DNA from: Pseudonocardiaceae bacterium
Lineage (GTDB): Bacteria; Actinomycetota; Actinomycetes; Mycobacteriales; Pseudonocardiaceae
DNA length: 61,475 nucleotides
NCBI GenBank assembly: GCA_036521655.1
Contig: DATDHI010000209.1
Location: 1 to 61,475 of the forward strand
Direction of reading: 5' to 3'
Below the pieces are notes generated by a model that saw only the letters and a program-made list of their open reading frames with translations, ran no database searches and was not told the DNA's origin. The stretch's first letter is position 1, and every line of letters starts with the position of its first letter. The position numbers and the translations under genes are program-made. Below, piece by piece: positions 46,192 through 56,051 of this stretch.

Positions 46192-47079
46192 GTGGGGGTC
46201 ACCGTGCAGTACGGCGTTTTGGGACCATTGATGGCCGTCAACGAAGACTCCGTCGCCGGGCCACGATCATGCTTGCCCAGCGCTGCGAAGAAGAAGGTGC
46301 TGCTGGCCACGCTACTGGCCAGGGCGAACCAGGTCGTACCGACCGGGCAACTGATCGAGGAGATCTGGGGTCCCGCGAAACCCCGCACTGCCAAAGCCGC
46401 ATTGCAGGTCTATGTTGCGCAGCTGAGGCAGGAGCTGGACGCCCCCGGCCAGGCTGGTGCGATCCGCACCGAAGAGGACGGCTACCTGGTGCAGGTCGGT
46501 GCGGAGGAATTCGACCTGTACCGGTTCGAGCAGCTGAGCGGATTTGGTCGTAACCATCTGCACAATGGCAGGTACACAGAGGCGTCCGTGGTGCTTTCAG
46601 CTGCGCTGGGGCTGTGGCGCGGCCCGGCCCTGCACGGTGTCGTATCCGGCCCCCTGTTGGGCATATTCGCCACCCGGCTGGACGAGATGAGGCTGGCCGC
46701 CCGCGAGATGTGTCTCGAGTCGGACCTGCACCTGGGCCGGCATCGCGATGTCGTCAGCGAGCTGTTCACGGTGGTCGCGGAGCACCCGCTGCAGGAAGCC
46801 TTCTGCCGGCAGCTCATGCTCGCGCTCTACCGCTCCGAGCGGCAGGCCGAGGCGCTACAGGCCTACCGGCGTACCCGCGACTTGCTCAACCGCGAGCTCG
46901 GCGTAGAGCCCGGGCGAGCACTGCGCCGGCTGCAGCAGGCAATTCTGACGGCCGACCGCAGCCTGGACTTCCACCCGCAGGCTGAGCCTGTTGGCCGCCA
47001 GTCCCGGGTCGATCCCAGCGGTTGGCCTCAGATGTCGACGCCGACCAGGCCCATCACCTCGGTGCGCCAGTCCTGGTAG
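46192..47079 (+). CDS. SARP-family transcriptional activator (OmpR-type wHTH + BTAD)
   Basis: VQYGVLGPLMAV, KKKVLLATLLARANQVVPTGQLIEEIWG, DLYRFEQL and QAEALQAYRRTRDLLNRELGVEPGRALRRLQQAIL. The start is GTG 46192 or 46204. Confidence 0.85.
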   Translation: MGVTVQYGVLGPLMAVNEDSVAGPRSCLPSAAKKKVLLATLLARANQVVPTGQLIEEIWGPAKPRTAKAALQVYVAQLRQELDAPGQAGAIRTEEDGYLVQVGAEEFDLYRFEQLSGFGRNHLHNGRYTEASVVLSAALGLWRGPALHGVVSGPLLGIFATRLDEMRLAAREMCLESDLHLGRHRDVVSELFTVVAEHPLQEAFCRQLMLALYRSERQAEALQAYRRTRDLLNRELGVEPGRALRRLQQAILTADRSLDFHPQAEPVGRQSRVDPSGWPQMSTPTRPITSVRQSW

Positions 47080-47594
47080 GCGGTCGCGCTGACCCGCTCC
47101 TGGGATTCCCGCTGGGTCTCCTCGTCGTCGCCCAGCGCGTACCGCACGATCTCGGAGTCGCTGCGCCGGCTGCTGACCACCTTGACCTGCACCTGCCTGC
47201 TGGCGAGCTCGGCCCTGGTGGCGTGTGCCAGCAGATGCAGCAGCGCCAGCCGGGAGCGCTGGTCGTCGGGCAGCGACACCTCGTCCGGGGTGTTGCCGGA
47301 CACCAGCACCACGATGGCACCGCGCGCCAGCACCGGGATGACCCGTTCCACTGCACTGAAGCGGGCCAGCAGGCCCGCGGACAGGAACGAGCCGACGCGC
47401 GCGACGGCGGTCTGGCCATCGGGGTGGATGGTGACCGGCAGCTGAATGTAGAAGTCGAGCCCGTCGGGACCAGGTCTGCCAGGCAGCGCCGCGGGGTTGG
47501 TGATGACCATAGGGTCGGCCCCGGCATCCTTGAGTAGCTCGGATAGCCGCTGCGCCCGGTCGGCGGAACCACTCAGCAGCCCGGTGGACGTCAT
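47028..47594 (-). CDS. hypothetical protein
   Basis: 188-aa ORF with plausible codon usage and no motif I can name. Its 3' end overlaps the SARP 3' end by 52 nt. Confidence 0.45.
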   Translation of the reverse strand: MTSTGLLSGSADRAQRLSELLKDAGADPMVITNPAALPGRPGPDGLDFYIQLPVTIHPDGQTAVARVGSFLSAGLLARFSAVERVIPVLARGAIVVLVSGNTPDEVSLPDDQRSRLALLHLLAHATRAELASRQVQVKVVSSRRSDSEIVRYALGDDEETQRESQERVSATAYQDWRTEVMGLVGVDI

Positions 47595-47872
47595 CGGACC
47601 TCCTCACCCGCGCTCACTCCGCTCCCCCGTCGGCGTGTCGTGCTCTCGTGCACGGTATGTCCGGAGGAGGTGCGCGGCGGTGAGCTGGGACCATCGTATG
47701 AGCCGCCGGCGGTGCCTGACGAGGATCCCGCGGGTTTGCCGGTGGCCGGTCCCCCAAACAGCCCCCAAACGACATCGGTGCGTCACCACGGGCTTGGCCG
47801 CGACGACTCCGGGTGAGATCCGCGCCCCACCCGAGGGGCACCCCACCCACGGGCTCGCCACACTTGTCGCCC

Positions 47873-48298
47873 ATGAGAGCGGTGGTGAGCCGGGTCACCG
47901 AAGCTGCGGTACTCGTCGACGGCCTGGTGGTCGGCGCGCTGGACGGGCCGGGGCTGCTCGTCCTGCTCGGCGTCACCCACGACGACGGGCCCGCACAGGC
48001 CGACACGATGGCCCGCAAACTGCATGAGCTGCGAATCCTGCGCGACGAGCAGTCGATCTCCGACACCGGCGCCGGGATCCTGGTGGTCAGCCAGTTCACC
48101 CTCTACGGTGCCACCCGCAAGGGTCGGCGGCCCTCGTTCACCGCAGCCGCCCGCCCGGAGCAGGCGCAACCGTTGGTCGATGAGGTAGTCACCCGGCTCC
48201 GCGCCCGCGGCGCCACAGTGGCCACCGGCCGCTTCGGCGCCACAATGACCGTGCGCAGCGTCGCAGACGGCCCCTTCACCCTGCTCCTCGACGTGTGA
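47873..48298 (+). CDS. dtd: D-aminoacyl-tRNA deacylase
   Basis: Trimmed to ATG 47873. [17 protein letters not shown].., [20 protein letters not shown] and the C-terminus GPFTLLLDV. Confidence 0.85.
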   Translation: MRAVVSRVTEAAVLVDGLVVGALDGPGLLVLLGVTHDDGPAQADTMARKLHELRILRDEQSISDTGAGILVVSQFTLYGATRKGRRPSFTAAARPEQAQPLVDEVVTRLRARGATVATGRFGATMTVRSVADGPFTLLLDV

Positions 48299-48424
48299 CG
48301 CCCTTCAAGAGCTACCAACCCGGGCGAAACCGGCCTCAAACGACTACCAACCTGAGAAGTGCCTGAGGTTCACGCAGATCCGGCACTCCGCCGGGCCGTG
48401 GTTCGTCGTGCTGTACGAGGGCCC

Positions 48425-48452
48425 GGGAACGAAATCCGGGCTCCCGACGTTG
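48425..48452 (+). promoter_or_regulatory. candidate ECF (SigE/SigH-type) promoter upstream of sigB
   Basis: GGGAAC (48425-48430), then 17 nt, then CGTT (48448-51). This matches the GGAAC-N16-18-cGTT pattern, about 105 nt upstream of the sigB ATG. Confidence 0.4.
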
Positions 48453-48557
48453 TCACGGTTATCGCCGCGGAGACCCGTTGGCTAGCCCGTGCAGCGTCGC
48501 GCGCCGACTCGGAAGCGCACCGGGTTCGGCCCGAGGATCCGTCGCAGGGAGGAACCG

Positions 48558-49532
48558 ATGACTGCCGCGCAAATCACCATTGAAGCGGATGCCAGTGCCG
48601 AGGCGGACCTGGACGCGCAGAGCCCTGCGGCCGACCTGGTCCGGGTCTACCTCAACGGTATCGGGCGCAGAGCGCTGCTGAGCGCCCAAGAAGAGGTCGA
48701 ACTGGCCAAGCGTATTGAGGCCGGTGTGTTCGCGCGGCACATGCTGGACACCGTGCCGCGGCTGTCACCGACCCGGCGCGCCGACCTGACGCGGCTGGTG
48801 CGCGACGGCCACAAGGCCAAGAACCACCTGCTCGAGGCCAACCTGCGGCTGGTGGTGTCGCTGGCCAAGCGCTACACCGGCCGCGGCATGCCCCTGCTGG
48901 ACCTGATCCAGGAGGGAAACCTGGGGCTGATCCGGGCGGTGGAGAAGTTCGACTACACCAAGGGTTTCAAGTTCTCCACCTATGCCACCTGGTGGATCCG
49001 TCAGGCCATCACCCGTGGCATGGCCGATCAGGGACGCACCATCCGGCTTCCGGTGCACCTGGTGGAGCAGGTGAACAAGTTGGCCCGGATCAAGCGGGAC
49101 CTGCACCAGCAGCTCGGCCGGGAGGCCACCCACCAGGAGCTGGCCGACGAGTCCGGCATCCCGGTGGAAAAGGTGGGTGACCTGCTGGACCACTCGCGGG
49201 ACCCGGTGAGCCTGGACATGCCGGTCGGCGCCGAGGAGGAAGCCCCGCTGGGCGACTTCATCGAGGACGCCGAGGCAACCGATGCCGAGTCAGCCGTGAT
49301 CTCGGGATTGCTGCAGGATGACCTGCGCCGGGTGCTGGCCACGCTCGAAGACCGGGAGCAGAACGTCATCCGGCTGCGCTACGGCCTCGACGACGGCCAG
49401 CCGCATACGTTGGACCAGATCGGCAAGCGCTTCGGGCTCTCCCGCGAAAGAGTGCGTCAGATCGAGCGTGAGGTCATGGCCAAGCTGCGGAACGGGGATC
49501 GTGCGGAACGGCTCCGTGCCTATGCCAGCTGA
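48558..49532 (+). CDS. sigB: principal-like (group 2) sigma factor
   Basis: ATG 48558 with [50 protein letters not shown] and [14 protein letters not shown]. No long N-terminal extension. ideR lies downstream, as in mycobacteria. Confidence 0.9.
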   Translation: MTAAQITIEADASAEADLDAQSPAADLVRVYLNGIGRRALLSAQEEVELAKRIEAGVFARHMLDTVPRLSPTRRADLTRLVRDGHKAKNHLLEANLRLVVSLAKRYTGRGMPLLDLIQEGNLGLIRAVEKFDYTKGFKFSTYATWWIRQAITRGMADQGRTIRLPVHLVEQVNKLARIKRDLHQQLGREATHQELADESGIPVEKVGDLLDHSRDPVSLDMPVGAEEEAPLGDFIEDAEATDAESAVISGLLQDDLRRVLATLEDREQNVIRLRYGLDDGQPHTLDQIGKRFGLSRERVRQIEREVMAKLRNGDRAERLRAYAS

Positions 49533-49726
49533 CCTATCACAACCTGGTTAACGAAATTACCGCTCGAACGGCGGCATTGACGCATGGTTGCCTGGCAGGC
49601 ACTGTCAACCCCAGACATGTGACTTTGACCACGCGACCTGGGCGGTCAACCCGCAGCGTGTCGCAGGCGACGGAAGGTCGGGCTCGTCGGGGGCGGGCCC
49701 GGCCTTCCGACTGTGGCGGGCACGGA

Positions 49727-50209
49727 TCAGCGGCCCGGCGGCGGGCCGACGGTCTGGCGCTCAAGGACGACGGTGCGGCCGCCCAACGGGGCGTCGAGCT
49801 GAGTGGCCAACGCCAGGAAACGCAGTTCCTTGGTGCACGGGCCGGACCTCGTGGTGACTTCCACCAGCGCGATGCGGACGAGCCGCGGGGTCTGCTCCCG
49901 TAGATCGGAATGCACGTAGGTGCAGCCGCCCTCCTGGCCGTAGAGTCCGAGTGCGCGGCCGTCGCCCTGGGTCCACACCAGCCGTGGGTAACCCGAGGGC
50001 AGCGCCGAGGCATCGATCTGGTCGGAGGGCAACGCGGGTGCCCCTGCGGGCGGGGTAGGCCAGTCGGGCCCAGCGATCGGTGCCACGGTGCCGGCTACCG
50101 GCGCTGGGTGCGGGTGTCCTTCGAACCCGGCCTGGTCGGGCCCGTAGGCGCACGCCCCGAGCGTACCGAGCACGGCGAAGCCAGCCACTGCGGATGCCAT
50201 CCGTCTCAT
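49727..50209 (-). CDS. lipoprotein
   Basis: MRRMASAVAGFAVLGTLGAC is a signal peptide with lipobox LGAC. 160 aa. Confidence 0.7.
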   Translation of the reverse strand: MRRMASAVAGFAVLGTLGACAYGPDQAGFEGHPHPAPVAGTVAPIAGPDWPTPPAGAPALPSDQIDASALPSGYPRLVWTQGDGRALGLYGQEGGCTYVHSDLREQTPRLVRIALVEVTTRSGPCTKELRFLALATQLDAPLGGRTVVLERQTVGPPPGR

Positions 50210-50255
50210 GTCCCACTAGACGGATGAACCAGCCCCATAGGTTGCCCTGAACCCC

Positions 50256-51407
50256 TCAGAGGCCGTGGAGGGGATAGACCGCGCGCCGGGTCTGGTCGAT
50301 CGCCCGGTCCAGCGGGGTGTCACAAGCCCCGTCCCAAGGCGACCAGCGAGGCTCGATACCGTCGGTCATCGACGCCGGCAACTGCTCGCCGCGCGCCACC
50401 GTGGCGGCATGCGCTACCCAGTCGGCGGGCACCGCGGTGTGCGGGTCCACATCGCGATCCAGCACGGTGGCCAGCAGATGCGCCCAGGAGCGCGGCACCA
50501 CCCGGAACAGGGAGTACCCGCCCCCGCCCAGCGCCAGCCAGCGCCCGCCGGCCGTCGCGTCGGCCAGCTCGGCCAACGCCCGGTGGGCGGCACGCTGACC
50601 GTCGACCGACAATGCGAGGTCGGCGAGCGGATCCTCGACATGGGTGTCCGCGCCGTGCTGGGTCACCAACACCTCGGGCTCAAATGCTCGGAGCAGGGCG
50701 GGCACCACAGCATGGAAAGCCCGTAACCACCCGTCGTCATGGGTGCCCGGTGGAAGCGGCACGTTGACAGCAGAGCCCTCGGCGCCGGGGCCGCCGATCT
50801 CGGTGGAGTCCCCGGTGCCAGGCCAGAGCGTGGCCGGGTGCTGGTGCAGCGAGATGGTCAGCACCCTGGGGTCGTCGACGAAGGCCTCCTGCACACCGTC
50901 GCCGTGATGTACGTCGATGTCGACGTAGGCCACCCGGGATATCCCACCCTCGAGCAGCCGGCGGATCGCCAGCGCACAGTCGTTGTAGACGCAGAAGCCC
51001 GAGGCGTGGTCGCGCATCGCGTGGTGCAGCCCGCCGGCGATGTTCACCGCCCGCGTTGCGCGGCCAGCGAGGATCTCGTCAGCGGCGAGCAGCGAGCCGC
51101 CGGCGACCAGCGCGGAAGCTTCGTGCATTCGGTCGAAGATCGGGTTGTCCGGGGTGCCCAGACCGTGCCCGACGTATCCGCGCGGCGCCTGCTTGACCGC
51201 GGCGAGGTAGTCCGCGGAGTGCACTGTGCACAGCTGTTCGTCGGTGGCCTGCACCGGAGCCAGCAGCTGCGCGCCGTCCAGGACGCCCAGCGACCGCGCC
51301 AACCGGATGGTGAGGTCCAGCCGGACGGGATTCAGCGGGTGCCGCCCACCGAGGTCGTAGCCAAGGAACGCCTCGTCCCAGACGACCACCGTGCGGGCTG
51401 GATTCAT
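50256..51407 (-). CDS. histone-deacetylase-family protein (AcuC-like)
   Basis: Trimmed to ATG 51407 (RBS GGAGG). GGLHHAMRDHASGFCVYND and VDIDVHHGDGVQEAF. Confidence 0.85.
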   Translation of the reverse strand: MNPARTVVVWDEAFLGYDLGGRHPLNPVRLDLTIRLARSLGVLDGAQLLAPVQATDEQLCTVHSADYLAAVKQAPRGYVGHGLGTPDNPIFDRMHEASALVAGGSLLAADEILAGRATRAVNIAGGLHHAMRDHASGFCVYNDCALAIRRLLEGGISRVAYVDIDVHHGDGVQEAFVDDPRVLTISLHQHPATLWPGTGDSTEIGGPGAEGSAVNVPLPPGTHDDGWLRAFHAVVPALLRAFEPEVLVTQHGADTHVEDPLADLALSVDGQRAAHRALAELADATAGGRWLALGGGGYSLFRVVPRSWAHLLATVLDRDVDPHTAVPADWVAHAATVARGEQLPASMTDGIEPRWSPWDGACDTPLDRAIDQTRRAVYPLHGL

Positions 51408-51447
51408 GCCTCCGGACGCTACCAAGCTGCGCCGCCGGGTTCGATCT

Positions 51448-52317
51448 CTATCCGGGGTGTGGGCCGGTGGCGACCGGCCGGTCCGAGTCGGTGCACCAGT
51501 GCGACCACGACCCAGCGTATAGCGCCGCAGGGCGCTCGGGGGCGGTTACCCCGGCAAGTTCGAGGCCGAGCAGCAGAGCAGATGCGTTGATCCCGGAACC
51601 GCAATAGACACCCACCTGCTTCCCAGCCTGCGCACCGGTGACCCCCCACCGCCGCGCGAGCTCACGCAGCCGGATTGGCGGTAGCCAGCGCCCCTGCGCA
51701 TCGGTCAGCTCGCTGAACGGCGCGTTCGACGCGCCGGGCACATGGCCGGCCCGCGAGTCCACCGGCTCGGTCACCCCGCGGTAGCGGGGCGCCGCCCGCG
51801 CGTCGAGCAACACACCAGTGCGGGCCAGCTCAGCGGCTTGGTCCGCCTCCAGCACCGGCATGCACCCGGGCCGCACCGTGATCGTGCCCGGGCGGGGTTG
51901 CGGCACCTCGACGGTCACCGGCAGCCCAGCCGCTCGCCACGCCGCAATCCCCCCGTCGAGCACCGCGACCGCAGGGTGCCCCGCCCAGCGCAGGAGCCAC
52001 CACAGCCGGGCCGCCACCGACCCGTCTGCCGCGTCGTAGGCGATCACCGGTGTGTTCGGGTGGACACCGGCGGCACGCAGGGTCGTCTGCAGCGCCGCCG
52101 GGTACGGGAGGGGGTGCCGGCCGCCCCGGCCCGGACGTCCCGCCAGATCGGTGTCCACGTCGAGGAAGATCGCCCCGGGCAGGTGGCCGACCTGGTAGTC
52201 GACCCGCCCGGATGGGCCGGTGAGCGACCAGCGCACATCTGCGACGGTGGGCGGCTCGGGGCCGGCCAGGAGGGACGCCAACTGGTGAGGCGTGACCACC
52301 GGATGCATGTCACCCAT
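51448..52317 (-). CDS. thiosulfate/3-mercaptopyruvate sulfurtransferase (tandem rhodanese)
   Basis: Only the last 290 codons of track ORF 51448..54435. GHLPGAIFLD, GHVPGASNAP and the active-site loop VYCGSGINAS. Confidence 0.8.
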   Translation of the reverse strand: MGDMHPVVTPHQLASLLAGPEPPTVADVRWSLTGPSGRVDYQVGHLPGAIFLDVDTDLAGRPGRGGRHPLPYPAALQTTLRAAGVHPNTPVIAYDAADGSVAARLWWLLRWAGHPAVAVLDGGIAAWRAAGLPVTVEVPQPRPGTITVRPGCMPVLEADQAAELARTGVLLDARAAPRYRGVTEPVDSRAGHVPGASNAPFSELTDAQGRWLPPIRLRELARRWGVTGAQAGKQVGVYCGSGINASALLLGLELAGVTAPERPAALYAGSWSHWCTDSDRPVATGPHPG

Positions 52318-52393
52318 CCTGCGCCATCCCGCCTGCACCGCCCGCAGGCCCCCGTTCGGAGCATTACCATGGCAGTAACTGAAGGAGACTGGT

Positions 52394-53089
52394 GTGAACG
52401 ATCTCATCGACACCACCGAGATGTATCTGCGCACCATCTTCGAGCTCGAGGAGGAAGGTGTGGTCCCGCTGCGGGCGCGGATCGCCGAGCGCCTCAGCCA
52501 GAGCGGGCCTACGGTAAGCCAGACGGTGGCTCGGATGGAGCGAGACGGCCTACTGACCGTGGCCGACGACCGGCATCTAGAGCTGACCGTAGCGGGCCGC
52601 AGCAGGGCGATTTCGGTGATGCGCAAGCACCGGCTGGCTGAGCGCCTGCTGGTGGATGTCATCGGCCTGGAGTGGGAGCAGGTGCACACCGAGGCCTGCC
52701 GCTGGGAGCACGTGATGAGCGAGGCCGTGGAGCGCAAGCTGTTCGCGCTGCTGGGCCACCCGACCACATCCCCGTACGGCAACCCGATCCCGGGGCTGGA
52801 CGAGCTCGGGGTCGGGGACGCTGCCGCCCCGATCGAACCTGACCTGGTCCGTCTGGACGAGGTGGCCCGACGCGGCGGCGGCACGGTAGAGGTGCGACGG
52901 ATCGCCGAGCACGTGCAGCTGGACCCGGCCATGATGGCGGACCTGCACAAGGTCGATGCGGTACCTGGCAACGTGGTGCAGGTGGCCGCCTTGGCGCGGG
53001 CAGGCCACCTGGTGGAGCTCTCCAGCGGAGGATCCACGGTCGAGGTGGATAACGCGCTCGCGCACGCGGTGCTGGGCCGTCGGCGGTGA
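52394..53089 (+). CDS. ideR: iron-dependent repressor IdeR (DtxR family)
   Basis: RBS GAAGGAG before GTG 52394. [51 protein letters not shown] and CRWEHVMS. Confidence 0.95.
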   Translation: MNDLIDTTEMYLRTIFELEEEGVVPLRARIAERLSQSGPTVSQTVARMERDGLLTVADDRHLELTVAGRSRAISVMRKHRLAERLLVDVIGLEWEQVHTEACRWEHVMSEAVERKLFALLGHPTTSPYGNPIPGLDELGVGDAAAPIEPDLVRLDEVARRGGGTVEVRRIAEHVQLDPAMMADLHKVDAVPGNVVQVAALARAGHLVELSSGGSTVEVDNALAHAVLGRRR

Positions 53090-53103
53090 CTGGGCCCGAC
53101 CGG

Positions 53104-54054
53104 ATGCGACTGCTGGTCACCGGGGGTGCAGGCTACATCGGCAGTGTCTGCGCTGCGCGGCTGGTGGAAGCGGGCCACGACGTCGTGGTTCTCGACGACC
53201 TGTCCACCGGACACCTCGACGCGGTGCCGGCCGGCTGCCAGTTCGTCGAGAGGGCCGTCGAGGACGCCGGGACTGTGCTGGCCGAGGGTTTCGACGGTGT
53301 GCTGCATTTCGCGGCCCGCTCGCTGGTCGCCGAGTCGATGGCGCAGCCGCAGCACTACTGGCTGGGCAACGTGGTGGCCTCGGTGCGGCTGCTCGAGGCG
53401 ATGCGCGAGCACGGAACTCCCCGGCTGGTGTTCTCCTCCACCGCAGCCACTTACGGGGAGCCGGCGTCGGTGCCGATCACCGAGGACGCAGCCGCCCTGC
53501 CGACCAACCCCTATGGCGCGACGAAGCTCGCGATCGACCACGCCATCAGCTCTTACGCCGCCGCGCACGGCATCGCCGCGGTGAGCTTGCGGTACTTCAA
53601 CGTCGCCGGGGCCTACGGCCGGTACGGCGAGCGGCACACCGTCGAGACCCACCTCATCCCGCTGCTGCTGCAGGTCGCCCTCGGTCACCGCGAGAAGATC
53701 GCGGTGTTTGGGGAGGACTGGCCTACCCCGGATGGCACCTGCATCCGCGACTACATCCACGTGGCCGATCTCGCCGACGCCCACGAGCTGGCCCTGGAGC
53801 GGGCTGTGCCCGGCGAGCATCGGATCTACAACCTGGGCAACGGCACTGGGTTCTCGGTCCACCAGGTGGTGGACGCCTGCCGGCAGGTCACCGGTCACCC
53901 GATCCCGACCCAGTCCGCGCCGCGGCGGCCGGGCGACCCGGCCGCGCTCATCGCCTCCAGCGAGCGTGCGCGCTGCGAGCTGGGCTGGATGCCGGAGCGG
54001 GCCCAGCTGTCCTCGATCGTGACGGACGCCTGGGACTTCGCCCGCGGGGCCTGA
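53104..54054 (+). CDS. galE: UDP-glucose 4-epimerase
   Basis: [24 protein letters not shown] (YxxxK) and [12 protein letters not shown]. The longest ORF would start at 53086, overlapping the ideR stop. Confidence 0.85.
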   Translation: MRLLVTGGAGYIGSVCAARLVEAGHDVVVLDDLSTGHLDAVPAGCQFVERAVEDAGTVLAEGFDGVLHFAARSLVAESMAQPQHYWLGNVVASVRLLEAMREHGTPRLVFSSTAATYGEPASVPITEDAAALPTNPYGATKLAIDHAISSYAAAHGIAAVSLRYFNVAGAYGRYGERHTVETHLIPLLLQVALGHREKIAVFGEDWPTPDGTCIRDYIHVADLADAHELALERAVPGEHRIYNLGNGTGFSVHQVVDACRQVTGHPIPTQSAPRRPGDPAALIASSERARCELGWMPERAQLSSIVTDAWDFARGA

Positions 54055-54089
54055 TCTGCGGGCGTCGTCCGCGGGGCAGGTCACCGGCT

Positions 54090-55124
54090 TCATCGCGGAC
54101 GTCGCTTGCGGGTCCGGCGTGTGCGGTGGGGAAGCGCGGCCGCAGCGTCCTCCGCAACAGTGCGCAGCACCTCCGGTGGCAGGCCGCCATCCAGAGCGGC
54201 ACGCAGTAACCCGGACAGCGAGTGGTCCGGGCAAGCGTGCAGTGCGGCGTCCAAGGCGACACCGGCCATCGCGCCGTCCCCGCGAATGTATGCGGCCAGG
54301 GCCAGTAGCGCCGCGGGTTCGGCCCGCTCCGGCGCCGGGGTTGCTCGGACGAGAGCCAGCCAGAGTCGCTCGGCTGCGGCCGCGTCGGGACCGGTGCACC
54401 AGGGTAGGCAGGCGTCGCGCACCCGGTGGTCGCACAGCGCGGAGGCGACCTCAGCCACGAGGTTGTCGCTCAGCGTCACTTTGCCAGCGGCGGCCGCCCG
54501 GCGCAGTGTCTCCAACTGCGTAAGCCGTCGGGCCGCCAGCGCAGAACTCATGGGGTGTTCGGCGTCGGCGGCGTCCAGCAGTGCCGCCCGCCGCTGCAAC
54601 GCCGCGACATCCTCGCCGGCGAGCAGCTCGGCCATCTCCTCCCGGCTACCAAAGGTCACCGCACCCGCCGCCACCGTGGCGGCGGCCAGCGGGCTTGCCG
54701 CAGGATCAGCGACCGTGCCGGCACACAGCGGATCGTCATAACAGCGCCACTGGGCACCGCCCGCCGTCTGCGCTGTCCAGGCCGCGTGTACCACCGGGAG
54801 CCCGGCACGAGTCAGCACGTCGTCCAACGCGTTCACCAACGCTCGGTGCGGGGGGTCGCCCTCCGGGCTGGGATCACCCCCGATCACCACCAGGGCGACA
54901 CCAGTGGGTCGCTGCCTGGCGATCGGCAGCAGCAGTTGCTCGGCCAGCAGCGGCGCCTGGTCGGCGTGGACCAGGTCAGCCCGCACGGTCAGGCCCAGCT
55001 TGGTGCCGTGCAGCGCCAGCAAGACCACCGAGTCATGCGGGTGGAAGCCGAGCAGGTGCGGAACTGCGGCGATCAGCTCGGCCGGGTCGGAAAGCCGGAT
55101 GCGGCCGGCGGCGGGTGCGCTCAT
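54090..55124 (-). CDS. DUF4192 family protein
   Basis: PAELIAAVPHLLGFHPHDSVVLLAL is the family N-terminal signature. Rv2712c-like position next to ideR. Confidence 0.8.
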   Translation of the reverse strand: MSAPAAGRIRLSDPAELIAAVPHLLGFHPHDSVVLLALHGTKLGLTVRADLVHADQAPLLAEQLLLPIARQRPTGVALVVIGGDPSPEGDPPHRALVNALDDVLTRAGLPVVHAAWTAQTAGGAQWRCYDDPLCAGTVADPAASPLAAATVAAGAVTFGSREEMAELLAGEDVAALQRRAALLDAADAEHPMSSALAARRLTQLETLRRAAAAGKVTLSDNLVAEVASALCDHRVRDACLPWCTGPDAAAAERLWLALVRATPAPERAEPAALLALAAYIRGDGAMAGVALDAALHACPDHSLSGLLRAALDGGLPPEVLRTVAEDAAAALPHRTRRTRKRRPR

Positions 55125-55253
55125 GCCGTCGAAGATCCTCCCGCAGCGCCCGCGGGAAAAGTCACGTGCTGGCCAGCTGTGGATAAGAGGGGCAGCTGTG
55201 GACTACTGCCTGGCCAAGGGCGCAGCAGACCGCCGGAATGTCAGATCTGCAGG

Positions 55254-55895
55254 CTATCCTCCCGGGCCCCTGGCAAGTGGTGGCGGCTCAGCTTCGATCT
55301 GATGCGGCCGGCGGCAGACGTAGGTCACCGCGGGAGGCAGATTCCAACAGACCGTCCGGGTGGTGAGCACCTCGTCGAACACCTCGCCGAGCAGCGCTCG
55401 GAACCGCCGTGCCCGCGGCATGGGCAGCGCGTGCACGTAGGCAAGGGTCGTGAACGAACCCCCCGGACGCAGCGTGCGCGCTGTCGCCTCGACGATGGCG
55501 CGCTGCGCATGCGCGCCGATCAGTGACCAGGGCAGCCCACTGACCACCGCGTCGACCTCGGGCACGTCGTGCTCGGCGAGCAGCCGGGCCAGCTCGGCGG
55601 CGTCGCCTACCACAACCTCGACGTCGGGGAACTCCGCGCGCAGGTGCTCAGCCAGCACGGGGTCGATCTCCAGGGCCACGTGCCGCCCGCGACCGGCCAG
55701 CCGATGCTCGATAGCGGTGGTGACCGAGCCGGTGCCTGGGCCGAGTTCGACTACCACGGGCTCACCGACCCGGGGCACGATGGCCGCCAGCCGGGCCGCG
55801 AGGTGCGAGGAACTCGGCGCCACAGCTCCCACGGTGGCCGGGCTGCGCAACGCGGCGGCGAGGAATGGGGCGAGGTGTCGCGGTCCCAGCGGCAT
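55254..55895 (-). CDS. class I SAM-dependent methyltransferase
   Basis: Trimmed to ATG 55895. VVELGPGTGSVT (motif I) and VVSGLPW. Confidence 0.7.
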   Translation of the reverse strand: MPLGPRHLAPFLAAALRSPATVGAVAPSSSHLAARLAAIVPRVGEPVVVELGPGTGSVTTAIEHRLAGRGRHVALEIDPVLAEHLRAEFPDVEVVVGDAAELARLLAEHDVPEVDAVVSGLPWSLIGAHAQRAIVEATARTLRPGGSFTTLAYVHALPMPRARRFRALLGEVFDEVLTTRTVCWNLPPAVTYVCRRPHQIEAEPPPLARGPGG

Positions 55896-56051
55896 GCGCG
55901 GAAGCCTGCCCGTCCGGATGAAAAGTGTGAAATCGATCTTGGCAAACGGGGGCACGCGGCAGCGAACGGGATGGATGCGGCAGGGTGGGACGTTATCCAG
56001 GTACGCGGCCCACGTAACGGGGCCGACCGAGCCGAAGCGAGGTGGCAGTCG

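Noticed and set aside
51448-54435. 995-aa minus-strand ORF
   Set aside because: Upstream of about 52317 it runs antisense through ideR and galE, both of which have unmistakable motifs. Only the rhodanese-domain 3' part (51448..52317) is credible.
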